Positions 30,203-38,571 of a stretch of 64,000 bases of DNA are shown here, in pieces (within the stretch, counting starts at the first letter, position 1; the number at the start of each line of letters is the position of its first letter). The notes below the pieces were generated by a model, which searched no databases, was not told the origin of the DNA, and worked only from the letters and a program-made list of their open reading frames with translations. Both the position numbers and the translations under genes were made by a program. Source of the stretch: Patescibacteria group bacterium (GTDB taxonomy: Bacteria; Patescibacteriota; Kazan-3B-28; UBA10110); contig JBAZXK010000002.1 of assembly GCA_041659905.1 (NCBI GenBank), positions 128,593 to 192,592 on the forward strand, written 5' to 3'.

Positions 30203-30330
30203 ATACTATGATAAACTAATAAATTTGTCAATTATCATCCACAGTATAAATAAATAAAATAGCTGGATTATATCAGTATTTACAAAAGTAATCAGATATG
30301 TTAATATATTTGTGGGTGCAGTTCCACAAA
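30203..30330. promoter_or_regulatory. Divergent promoter pair with two TGT-N12-ACA boxes (TrmB module 2)
   Basis: Minus TTGACA-17-TAGTAT (30231-30203); plus TTTACA-17-TAATAT (30279-30307); boxes at 30226-30243 and 30311-30328. Confidence 0.7.
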
Positions 30331-30347
30331 ATATAACTTTTTTTAAG

Positions 30348-31121
30348 ATGGCTAAAACTGTTGAACAATTACTCCAGGAGATCGGGTTGGGCCAGAAAGA
30401 GCAGGCAGTTTATTCGGCGGTGGTGAGTTTGGGCAATGCGGCGGTTTCCCCTATCGCCCAGAAGGCCCAGATCAATCGCTCGACCGCTTACGATATCCTA
30501 GAATCCTTAACCCACAAGGGTTTAGTGTCGCGTTCGGAAGAGAAGAAGAAGATTCACTATTTTGCCACTGGGATTAACGAACTAGAAGAATATATTCTGG
30601 CACAGGAAACCAATTGGCGGACCGTGTCAGATAGCTTTAAGGGGCTTAAGACAGAACTCTCGGCTTTACTGAATAGTTCGGGCACTAAACCGGTGATGCG
30701 ATTCTTTGAAGGCAAAGCCGGAATCAAAGAGGTATGGTTTGACCAAATTCGGGGGGATCATAAAGAAATCCTCTGTTATAGTTCGGCCAGTAAAGTCGAA
30801 CAGGCTTTGGGCGAACAGTATTTAAAAGTTTATGCTAAGCAAAAGATTCGCAGTAAGATTAAAACAAAACTAATTGTCCCTGGTGAAAAAGCGTTGAAGG
30901 ATTATTTCTCCAAGTACTACCAGCATTCCACTAAAGATCTGTTTGCCATCAAAACCGTGCCACCGGATAAGTTCCCTTTCGAGGTGGATATAAACATCTA
31001 TGGCAATAAAATCTCGATGATTTCTTTGAGCAAGCACGAATTAACCGCTGTAATCATTGAGAGTCCTGTTTTAGCCCGCAACCAACGCATGATTTTCGAC
31101 CTCCTGTGGAGTTTACTCTAG
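30348..31121 (+). CDS. TrmB-family transcriptional regulator (paralog of 27411)
   Basis: Colinear with the 27411 protein (MAKTVE.., FDQIRGDHKEIL); start at ATG 30348. Confidence 0.9.
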   Translation: MAKTVEQLLQEIGLGQKEQAVYSAVVSLGNAAVSPIAQKAQINRSTAYDILESLTHKGLVSRSEEKKKIHYFATGINELEEYILAQETNWRTVSDSFKGLKTELSALLNSSGTKPVMRFFEGKAGIKEVWFDQIRGDHKEILCYSSASKVEQALGEQYLKVYAKQKIRSKIKTKLIVPGEKALKDYFSKYYQHSTKDLFAIKTVPPDKFPFEVDINIYGNKISMISLSKHELTAVIIESPVLARNQRMIFDLLWSLL

Positions 31122-31165
31122 CTTATTGCCCAATTTGGTATACTGGGTCTATAACCAGTTTTTCT

Positions 31166-31909
31166 ATGTCTGGACACTCAAAATGGGCTACAATCAAACG
31201 GAAGAAAGGCGCGCTAGACCAGAAGCGCGGGGCTTTGTTTACCAAATTGGTGAAAATCGTGGAAGTGGCGGCCAGAGGCGGGGCGGACCCGGCGATGAAT
31301 TTTAAATTGAAATTGGCGGTGCAAAAAGCTAAATCGGCCAATGTCCCTCTGGCTACGATTGAGAAGTCCATCAAAAAAGGGAGCGGACAAGACAAAGAAG
31401 CGAGCCGTCTAGAAGAAGCAACTTACGAAGGATTAGCTCCCGGAAATGTGGCGGTAGTTATTCAAGCCCTAACTGACAATAAAAATCGGACTGTGGCGGA
31501 TTTGCGCAATATTTTTACTAAGGCTGGCGGGAATTTTGGCTCCCCGGTGTCTTGGCAGTTTGACCATCGCGGAGTGTTGGAAATCAGCAAATCAGGCAAT
31601 GTTGAGGAGCTCGAGTTAGCTGTGATTGATGCGGGGGCATTGGATTTTTCAGATGCGGGAGATGTGGTGGAGGTATATACCGAGCCGAAAGCATTGGACC
31701 AAGTGAAAAACAAGTTGGAGTCCGCCGGATTTAAAATAACTTCCAGTGCTTTGGGGCTGGTGCCGAAAAATAAAACTGTAATTACTGACTCAAATATGGC
31801 TCGCCGGGTGTTGAATTTTTTGGATGCCTTGGATGATTATGATGATGTAACGGAAGTGGCCAGCACTCTGGATGTTCCGGATGAGATTATGGCAAAACTC
31901 GAAGATTAA
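31166..31909 (+). CDS. yebC: YebC/PmpR-family protein
   Basis: MSGHSKWATIKRKK, TYEG, LTDNKNRT and DDV.EV motifs. Confidence 0.95.
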   Translation: MSGHSKWATIKRKKGALDQKRGALFTKLVKIVEVAARGGADPAMNFKLKLAVQKAKSANVPLATIEKSIKKGSGQDKEASRLEEATYEGLAPGNVAVVIQALTDNKNRTVADLRNIFTKAGGNFGSPVSWQFDHRGVLEISKSGNVEELELAVIDAGALDFSDAGDVVEVYTEPKALDQVKNKLESAGFKITSSALGLVPKNKTVITDSNMARRVLNFLDALDDYDDVTEVASTLDVPDEIMAKLED

Positions 31910-32283
31910 TTCCCCTCCTGCCGGAGGAGGGGTTGGGGGAGGTGGGAGTATATTCCCCGAGCGGAGTCGAGCCTGCCTGCCGGTAGGCAGGGGGCTACCT
32001 TTGATTTTGTAAAATCAATAAAACTTTTTTCTTATTACCTTTCTAGAAAGGTAACACCAAAGTCCCGGGCAGTCGCCCTCGCTCTGCAGTAAATCATAAA
32101 ATCGCCTTCCTGCTCTCGCCCTAACAGACAACGGGCTACGCAACAGCGATTTTCTGTCTGCAGTACGCTCGGGCTCCAATGCCCGGTTGACGGAGAAAGA
32201 CAAAGAAATATAGTGATTTTGCTATTTGCTATCTGAATTTGCTCAATGGGGTTGAAAGACAAAGTCGTCCTCCTCCAATGGCT
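31910..32283. repeat. Composite palindromic element copy A (REP units + nested 20-mer + covarying structured element 32031-32186)
   Basis: Homologous to 57790-58180 and partly to 35821-36000. Confidence 0.85.
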
Positions 32284-32388
32284 TAGAGGAAGGAGAACCA
32301 CAGAAGTCAGGGATAGGAAGGGATTATTATTGACCAGGAGCTATTTTTTGGTATATTTAGATCACATTGACAATAAGGACGGTGAACC

Positions 32389-33189
32389 ATGATGGCCTAT
32401 ATCCCCCCGAAAGCTGATGAACTAGGCCATGGAGCCAATGGTTTATCAGACGAGGAAGATTATTTGGATCAACAAGCGAAAGTAGCGGAGCGCGTTTACA
32501 CTTACTTAGAAAAATTGCATCTTACTTATGAAGAAGAATTCGAAGGAATTATTACTGGAGAACTATTTAAGCGCATTGAGCAAGAGTGTGGAGTAGATGT
32601 CAAACAATTCGGTAAATATTTTGGAATTCTACGCAAGAATGAAGCTCCCATGTGCAACCTATTTTGCCCCGGGGTTATATTGGGATTGGTAGCAGATGCC
32701 CCTCAGCATAGACACGGCCGAGGTGACAACAATGAACTACTAGATACCCAACAGAAACGTGATAAGTACAGGCGCACCAGTTTAAAGCAGCATATAGATG
32801 AATGGCTACTGCTCAAACATATTTATGATCAGATTAATCCGGATAAACAGGACGAGAATACTGGTCGATCTATTTTGGCCGACACAAAAAATTTGATTAA
32901 TCAGATGCATGATTTGATTAACCCGATCATTGAACAAATCATCCACGACCCCTTAGTTATTCGAGAAATTCCAGAGTATCTACTGGAAAAGATAGGCGAA
33001 TTGGAAATGCGTGGTATGGCCAATTTGCGCAAATATGGATTGTTACCAATAGTGGTGCTCTATTATGAGATAGGCGTTACAGGTACGATAGGTAAACCTG
33101 GCAATAGAGTGGATTGGTTTAAAGCGGGTAAACCTACTCCGAAAGAATGGTTTGAAAGATGGGGGTTGACTCCACCAGAAGAAGCCTAG
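32389..33189 (+). CDS. Hypothetical protein
   Basis: 266-aa ORF with AAGGA RBS, promoter-like sequence upstream and hairpin+T run at 33201-33228. Confidence 0.75.
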   Translation: MMAYIPPKADELGHGANGLSDEEDYLDQQAKVAERVYTYLEKLHLTYEEEFEGIITGELFKRIEQECGVDVKQFGKYFGILRKNEAPMCNLFCPGVILGLVADAPQHRHGRGDNNELLDTQQKRDKYRRTSLKQHIDEWLLLKHIYDQINPDKQDENTGRSILADTKNLINQMHDLINPIIEQIIHDPLVIREIPEYLLEKIGELEMRGMANLRKYGLLPIVVLYYEIGVTGTIGKPGNRVDWFKAGKPTPKEWFERWGLTPPEEA

Positions 33190-33231
33190 TAGTTAGTATT
33201 CCCACGTTCTAAAAAGCGTGGGTTTTTTATA

Positions 33232-33274
33232 ACCCCACCCCTCCTCCCCTTATCAAGGGGAGGTTGGGAGGGGT
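33232..33274. repeat. CCCC-type REP-like palindrome upstream of ruvC
   Basis: ACCCCACCC-TCCTCCCCTT-ATC-AAGGGGAGG-TTGGGAGGGGT. Confidence 0.7.
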
Positions 33275-33288
33275 GTAAAATGGAAACA

Positions 33289-33870
33289 ATGAACAAGATT
33301 ATTTTAGGATTGGATCCGGGGACGGCGACAACTGGGTTTGGGGTAGTTAAAGATACTAAAGGCCAAGTTGAATATGTGGATTGCGGGTGTATCATTACTA
33401 CACTCAAAAGTATATCCCCAGCCCGCAAAGCTACGCTTAGCGTTGCTGGCGAGCCTGCCCGCAATGCTCCCGTCACAACTTCGCAGATGTTGGCGGGTGC
33501 TGGCGGGCCTGCCGAACGACTGCTGACCATTCAGAAATCTCTGGAAATTTTAATTAAAAAATATCAGCCGGATATTTTAGCAGTAGAGAAATTGTTTTTT
33601 ACCAAGAATATTACTACCGCCATTTCAGTAGCAGAAGCCCGCGGGGTAATTTTGGTCACAGCCGCCAAACATAACTTGGAAATTGCGGAATATACTCCTT
33701 TGCAAGTGAAACAGACCCTGACCGGATATGGTAAAGCCGATAAGCAACAGATACAGCGGATGGTTAAATCTATCCTGAAGCTTCAAAGCATCCCGAAGCC
33801 GGATGATGCCGCCGACGCCTTAGCGATAGCGATTTGTGCGGTGCACCACACAGTTAAAGTTGGATGTTAG
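33289..33870 (+). CDS. ruvC: Holliday junction resolvase RuvC with a 30-aa palindrome-derived insert
   Basis: LGLDPG, VEKLFF, EARGV, YTPLQVK, GYGKADK and PDDAADALAIA motifs. Confidence 0.95.
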   Translation: MNKIILGLDPGTATTGFGVVKDTKGQVEYVDCGCIITTLKSISPARKATLSVAGEPARNAPVTTSQMLAGAGGPAERLLTIQKSLEILIKKYQPDILAVEKLFFTKNITTAISVAEARGVILVTAAKHNLEIAEYTPLQVKQTLTGYGKADKQQIQRMVKSILKLQSIPKPDDAADALAIAICAVHHTVKVGC

Positions 33871-33879
33871 AATAAAGAT

Positions 33880-34437
33880 ATGATCGCATCGGTTTCGGGA
33901 AACATTATTCATAAGGGTATTGATCATCTGGTGGTGGAAGCCGGCGGGTTGGGTTATAAGGTGTTTGTGACGAGTGATGTGATAGTCAAAACCCTGTTGG
34001 ATCAACCGGTGAGATTATTTACGCAGTTAATTGTGCGGGAAGACAGCCAGTCACTGTATGGGTTTATGACCCTCCAGGAATTAGAATTGTTTAATTTATT
34101 GATTAGCGTGTCGGGGGTAGGCCCTAAAATTGCTTTGGCGGTGCTGTCGGCCGGGAAAATTGAAGAGCTGCGGTCGGCGATCGGGTGCGGCGACAGCGCT
34201 ATTTTTATGGCGGTGAGCGGAATCGGCAAAAGGACAGCTGAACGCATTATTCTGGAATTAAAATCCAAAGTTGGCGAGATCGGCACGAGCGAATTAAACG
34301 GCAGTTCGCAAGAAGTTATCACTGCCCTGTCAGGATTAGGCTATAATATGTATGAAATTCGCGAAGTGATCAGAAAAATTTCTCCGGAATCTCCCATCGA
34401 AGAAAAAGTCAAAGAAGCATTAAAATTATTAGGGTAG
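33880..34437 (+). CDS. ruvA: Holliday junction branch migration protein RuvA
   Basis: VREDSQSLYGF, VSGVGPK and GIGKRTAERIILELK motifs. Confidence 0.96.
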   Translation: MIASVSGNIIHKGIDHLVVEAGGLGYKVFVTSDVIVKTLLDQPVRLFTQLIVREDSQSLYGFMTLQELELFNLLISVSGVGPKIALAVLSAGKIEELRSAIGCGDSAIFMAVSGIGKRTAERIILELKSKVGEIGTSELNGSSQEVITALSGLGYNMYEIREVIRKISPESPIEEKVKEALKLLG

Positions 34438-34462
34438 TATTTATATTAAATATTGAAGGTAG

Positions 34463-34523
34463 TCCCGATGTCCCGAATTCGCCTATTGGCGACATCGGGA
34501 AGCGGGACATGTCCTTCGGACAT
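34463..34523. repeat. Nested TCCCGATG-type palindromes
   Basis: TCCCGATGTC..TCGCC-TATT-GGCGACATCGGGA then ATGTCC-TTC-GGACAT. Confidence 0.55.
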
Positions 34524-34536
34524 GGAGGGAAATAAT

Positions 34537-34728
34537 ATGGCCAAACATGATGAGTGTAAGTGTGGTGGGGTGCATTTATTCGGTGACTGGTTTTATATCG
34601 TTTTGATTTTATTGGTGGCTTTTGTAGTGTTAGGGGTTAATCTTGGCTTCTTGGGCGTTTATCTATTCGCTTATTGGCCGGTACTGTTGATTGCAGCCGC
34701 TATTAAAGAATTGATTGAGCGCCGCTAA
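34537..34728 (+). CDS. Small two-TM membrane protein
   Basis: GGAGG RBS before ATG 34537; WPVLLIA motif; hairpin downstream. Confidence 0.7.
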   Translation: MAKHDECKCGGVHLFGDWFYIVLILLVAFVVLGVNLGFLGVYLFAYWPVLLIAAAIKELIERR

Positions 34729-34752
34729 GTTTTTTAGATCAATTTAAGATTA

Positions 34753-34782
34753 AAAATCCGGCTCCTAAGAGGGCCGGATTTT
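34753..34782 (+). terminator. Intrinsic terminator
   Basis: AAAATCCGGCTC-CTAAGA-GGGCCGGATTTT. Confidence 0.7.
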
Positions 34783-34802
34783 AGAGTGGTAAAATAAATA
34801 TA

Positions 34803-35786
34803 ATGAAGACTAAATATTGGTGGCTAATTAGTGGCGTGGTGGCCGGCATCCTGATCTTGGGGGGCGGTTATTATGTTTGGTTGGCCCCAGCTGGTTCTAG
34901 CCAGCAACCTAAGCAGTTTGTGGTGCAGTCTGGCGAGGGCATTGGCATCATTGCCGAACACTTGCAGAAAGAGAATTTGATTAAATCTGCCTGGGGTTTT
35001 AAATTATATCTCAAACTAACCGGGCAGATCATTGTGCAGCCCGGCACTTATGAGTTGTCCCCCGCTCAAAGTTTGCCCAAAATAGCTAATTTGATTGCTA
35101 GCGGCTCGACTTCTAATGTAACCCTGACTATTCCGGAAGGATTTACTTTAGAGCAGATTGCCGAAGAAGTTGCCCAAAAGAATATTGCCACTAAAGAAGA
35201 GTTCTTAAAAATTGCCAATGATTTTCCGCCAGATTATGATTTTCTGAAAGCGCGGCCGGCTGGGAAATCTTTGGAAGGATTTTTGTTTCCCGATACCTAC
35301 AAGCTAATCAAAGGCGATCCCACTTTAGCAATCCGGCGGATGCTGGATAATTTTTCGACTAAATATCATTCCGAGATCCAGCCGGATTTGGGCGACCAGG
35401 ATTTGTATAAAATATTGATCATAGCCTCATTAGTTGAACGCGAAGCCCAAAAAACCGAAGACCGCCCGATGATTGCCGGAGTGATTTATAATCGGCTGAA
35501 GATCGGGATGAAATTAGATATCGATGCCACGGTGCGTTTCATTATTAATAATTGGAAGGATCCCCTGACACGAGCCGATCTCACGGTCGATTCGCTCTAC
35601 AATACCCGCCAACATGCGGGGTTGCCTCCGGGGCCGATCTGCAATCCTGGTCTGGCAGCGATCGAAGCGGCGTTGCATCCCGCCGAGCACAAATATTATT
35701 ACTATCTGACTGATCCGGAAGGGGTAACCCATTACGCTAAAACTTTGGCGGAACATAATCAAAACAAAGTCGAATATTTATTATAG
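34803..35786 (+). CDS. mltG: Endolytic transglycosylase MltG
   Basis: TIPEG, LEGFLFPDTY, ASLVEREA and GLPPGPICNPG motifs. Confidence 0.95.
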   Translation: MKTKYWWLISGVVAGILILGGGYYVWLAPAGSSQQPKQFVVQSGEGIGIIAEHLQKENLIKSAWGFKLYLKLTGQIIVQPGTYELSPAQSLPKIANLIASGSTSNVTLTIPEGFTLEQIAEEVAQKNIATKEEFLKIANDFPPDYDFLKARPAGKSLEGFLFPDTYKLIKGDPTLAIRRMLDNFSTKYHSEIQPDLGDQDLYKILIIASLVEREAQKTEDRPMIAGVIYNRLKIGMKLDIDATVRFIINNWKDPLTRADLTVDSLYNTRQHAGLPPGPICNPGLAAIEAALHPAEHKYYYYLTDPEGVTHYAKTLAEHNQNKVEYLL

Positions 35787-35820
35787 TTTTGATACTCTGA
35801 CAGAGTATTGCAGAATTTTT

Positions 35821-36000
35821 CTTGTTACTTTCCCGAGGAAAGTAACCAAAGTCTTCGGGCAGTCGTCCTCACTCGGTATTTAACCAAAAATCTACCTTTC
35901 CGCTCTCGTCGGTGTAACCGACTTTGCAGCGGTAATTTTTGGAATACCTATCGCTCGGACTCCAATGCCCGGATGGGAACAAAAGCCCTCCTCCAATGCC
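35821..36000. repeat. Covarying structured element copy B
   Basis: 34 nt identical to 57963-57996; same helix architecture as 32031-32186. Confidence 0.85.
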
Positions 36001-36128
36001 AGGACTGAAGATAAAAACATCTCTCCTTCGATGGTTGGTGATAGAATAGCTTGACGCAAAGAGGATTTTTACATAGTATGCTCATACAGATCAACTGATC
36101 TGATGTTCTTTAAAGGGAGCTAAATCTA

Positions 36129-36425
36129 ATGCCAACCATATTCAGGTATTTGTTGGTAGTAATTTGCTTGGTAGTGATTGTAGCCATCGCACCCCAATAT
36201 CAATCTGTAAGCACAACTGACAGAGAAACCAGTCGTAGTTCTTACTTAGTTAGAGAGGTGTTTGGTCCTAATGACACAGTAACGGTAAGAATATATGATT
36301 TCAGTGATCAGCATGATCCACAGCTGATGACGCTGGTGATGCGAATATACCTCTGTTTAATATTGGGAATAACAGTTATAGGAGCAACCTGCAGTTATAT
36401 CTACCATCATAATGATGCATCCTAA
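36129..36425 (+). CDS. Small two-TM hypothetical protein
   Basis: GGGAG RBS, TTGACG..TAGTAT promoter-like sequence upstream, two hydrophobic segments. Confidence 0.65.
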   Translation: MPTIFRYLLVVICLVVIVAIAPQYQSVSTTDRETSRSSYLVREVFGPNDTVTVRIYDFSDQHDPQLMTLVMRIYLCLILGITVIGATCSYIYHHNDAS

Positions 36426-36593
36426 ATCCAAACTAACTGACTGCTCCAACAGAAAACCTCCTGTATAAACTGACCACTTGCTGGTCGGTTTTTTAAATTA
36501 TTCTAACTGGCGCGCTGAATTTAAGCTTAAACTGGGTTAAAGGTAATCTAAGCTCAGTCATGCAAGATAATTAGCTTCCAGAGCCGATAAATC

Positions 36594-36633
36594 TTGACAG
36601 AAAGGTAATTTTTTGCTATATAATAATTACCTT
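36594..36633 (+). promoter_or_regulatory. Promoter with overlapping inverted repeat
   Basis: TTGACA-17-TATATA; AAGGTAATT (36602) and AATTACCTT (36625) flank the -10. Confidence 0.6.
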
Positions 36634-36670
36634 GATAACAAGGAATCTATTTCCAAGGAGGAACATCCTG

Positions 36671-38422
36671 ATGCGGATATTCATGGCTATCCTGTTGATT
36701 CTGTCTTTTTTTCAGATCAACTATATTTACACTGGTCAGCCGACAGAAAGAATCAGTCAGCATTCTGAATATGTACCATCGCGGCATGTATTCATAGACA
36801 AGATATGTCAGCTGGATCATTGGATTTGGGAGAGTCCAGGCTTGACTCCGGCGCAATTTGCCGATCTAGCCAAGGAAATCCCTGAACGAAAAGCGTTGAT
36901 TATTCGAATCAAACCGCTTTGTTATCGGCTTGAAGAGCAGGATCAGAGATTAGTTATGATTGCGACTAGTATGATCCGACAAAGGAAGGTTAAACCTTTT
37001 TTTGTTCACTGCTCACCCTCTGGCGATTACGATCCCCGATTTGACACGGTAATGATGCCCAATGGTACCATAGCTGTATTGAATGGGATCGCCCGAGGCC
37101 TTGGTTATGATTCATCGGCCATCGATGAGTCTTATCCGGGACCGAATCTGCAAGGACGAGAACGTGATTTCGTTCTCAACTATCTTAGAAGCGAGATTGA
37201 GAAATCTTGGTCTTCAGGACTTGAACCAGTTGTTTATTGTACGCTCCTGTCTTATAACTCTGAATCGTCATTGGGGTTATTAAAAACTCTCAAAAATGAG
37301 TTCGGGGAAAAAATCAAAACAGGAGTTGGCGGACAATTAGTCCGGGTCATTCCTGAAACTTATCGCAACCTAACATATATCGATCAAGTTGGCGTGGGTG
37401 ATGCAGAAGTTATTCTGCAACCGATGTTGGCTGGTCAAAACTATGCTGAAGGTTGGCTTGATTCTGGTCTAAACTTCTACGCAGAACCTAACTACCATGG
37501 GTATTTAGGTTTGAACAATAGACTGAATGAAAGCTCTCGGTATGCGTTTGGACCATTCACTGGTATACGAAACTTATGCATCGAAAGCGTCAGGGGATGT
37601 TCATGGGCATACTTGACTGGAAAGCCATGCGAAATGTGTGCCCTCCAAGGAGTTTCCAGTCAGCCAGTCTTTAAGCCATTCCAGAACCATTTTGATCTAG
37701 AGAATCAGCTTGCTAGAGAATTTGGGATTAACTGGTTGTTCGATGTGAGTAATCAATTTATTCCAGTTACTGGTAAAAATCAGGCTGATTGGCTGCGAGG
37801 CTATTTGATTGCCAAAAATCAGTATAGCGAGGTTGACATCAATAAGTATGTTTATCTCACTGCAGCATCATTCAGCTCAGAAACCGCTCCTCTTCTACGG
37901 GAAGCAGGGATCAGGATTGCTTACGTGGGGTTTGATGGTTGGGAACGTGGAACGCGGACAGCGTTGCATAAACCAAATATTAATCCCATGAAGGTGCTGC
38001 AACTCTGCCGAGAGAACGATATCTATGTTCGCACATCATTTGTCATTGGAGCCGGTCTGACTGATTCCAATCTAAATAAGCTTCCTAAGCTTGTTGACAA
38101 TATGATGGCGGGTTATGGAGATGTTGTTCTTTCCTGCGGGAGTTTTTTGCAGATCATCATTCCCGGCTCTCCGGCCTGGGCGTTTCTACAGAAAGAAGCT
38201 CTAGAACAAGAATGGGGAGATGTTAACGACATCTATCATTTCTTTATCACAAACGGATTTTTAACTTGGGAGCAAGAAGAGCAACTGACTAAAGCGTATA
38301 TCCAGAGAGTACAAAATCTGGATTATGACAAAGTAGTGGCAGTCAGAAATTACGTCAAAGCGCTAGTAGATTCTGAAACCATCGCCATCACTATCCGTGA
38401 TGGTGGCACATTGTTAAGTTAA
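36671..38422 (+). CDS. Divergent radical SAM protein (CX9CX2C) with N-terminal hydrophobic extension
   Basis: ESVRGCSWAYLTGKPCEMC, GGQL..GDAE B12-domain-like region, YVGFDG and SFVIGAG; AAGGAGG before ATG 36671. Confidence 0.75.
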   Translation: MRIFMAILLILSFFQINYIYTGQPTERISQHSEYVPSRHVFIDKICQLDHWIWESPGLTPAQFADLAKEIPERKALIIRIKPLCYRLEEQDQRLVMIATSMIRQRKVKPFFVHCSPSGDYDPRFDTVMMPNGTIAVLNGIARGLGYDSSAIDESYPGPNLQGRERDFVLNYLRSEIEKSWSSGLEPVVYCTLLSYNSESSLGLLKTLKNEFGEKIKTGVGGQLVRVIPETYRNLTYIDQVGVGDAEVILQPMLAGQNYAEGWLDSGLNFYAEPNYHGYLGLNNRLNESSRYAFGPFTGIRNLCIESVRGCSWAYLTGKPCEMCALQGVSSQPVFKPFQNHFDLENQLAREFGINWLFDVSNQFIPVTGKNQADWLRGYLIAKNQYSEVDINKYVYLTAASFSSETAPLLREAGIRIAYVGFDGWERGTRTALHKPNINPMKVLQLCRENDIYVRTSFVIGAGLTDSNLNKLPKLVDNMMAGYGDVVLSCGSFLQIIIPGSPAWAFLQKEALEQEWGDVNDIYHFFITNGFLTWEQEEQLTKAYIQRVQNLDYDKVVAVRNYVKALVDSETIAITIRDGGTLLS

Positions 38423-38424
38423 TA

Positions 38425-38450
38425 TAACCCCGAGGTCCGCCTCGGGGTTA
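38425..38450. terminator. Hairpin after the radical SAM gene
   Basis: TAACCCCGAGG-TCCG-CCTCGGGGTTA. Confidence 0.65.
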
Positions 38451-38512
38451 ACCATATATAGAGACTTTTTGGCGGATAGCCGTTGATATAATTGACAAAG
38501 CATTCCTTGCTT

Positions 38513-38559
38513 TGTCATCCTGGCTTCGTCCCTGCCTACCGGCAAGGCAGGCAGGATCG
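38513..38559. repeat. GTCA-type REP with nested CCTGCC..GGCAGG element (38531-38551)
   Basis: Removing the insert restores GTCATCCTGGCTTCGTCCAGGATCG, the reverse complement of the arm at 21209-21233. Confidence 0.85.
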
Positions 38560-38571
38560 TATAATTAATGT

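Noticed and set aside
33289-33870. RuvC insert as an intein, or the gene as a TnpB/Cas12-type nuclease
   Set aside because: The insert has no Cys/Ser...His-Asn splice motifs, and the protein is a canonical RuvC between yebC and ruvA.
34437-34803. Missing ruvB after ruvA as evidence of loss
   Set aside because: ruvB can lie elsewhere in the genome; this cannot be judged from one window.
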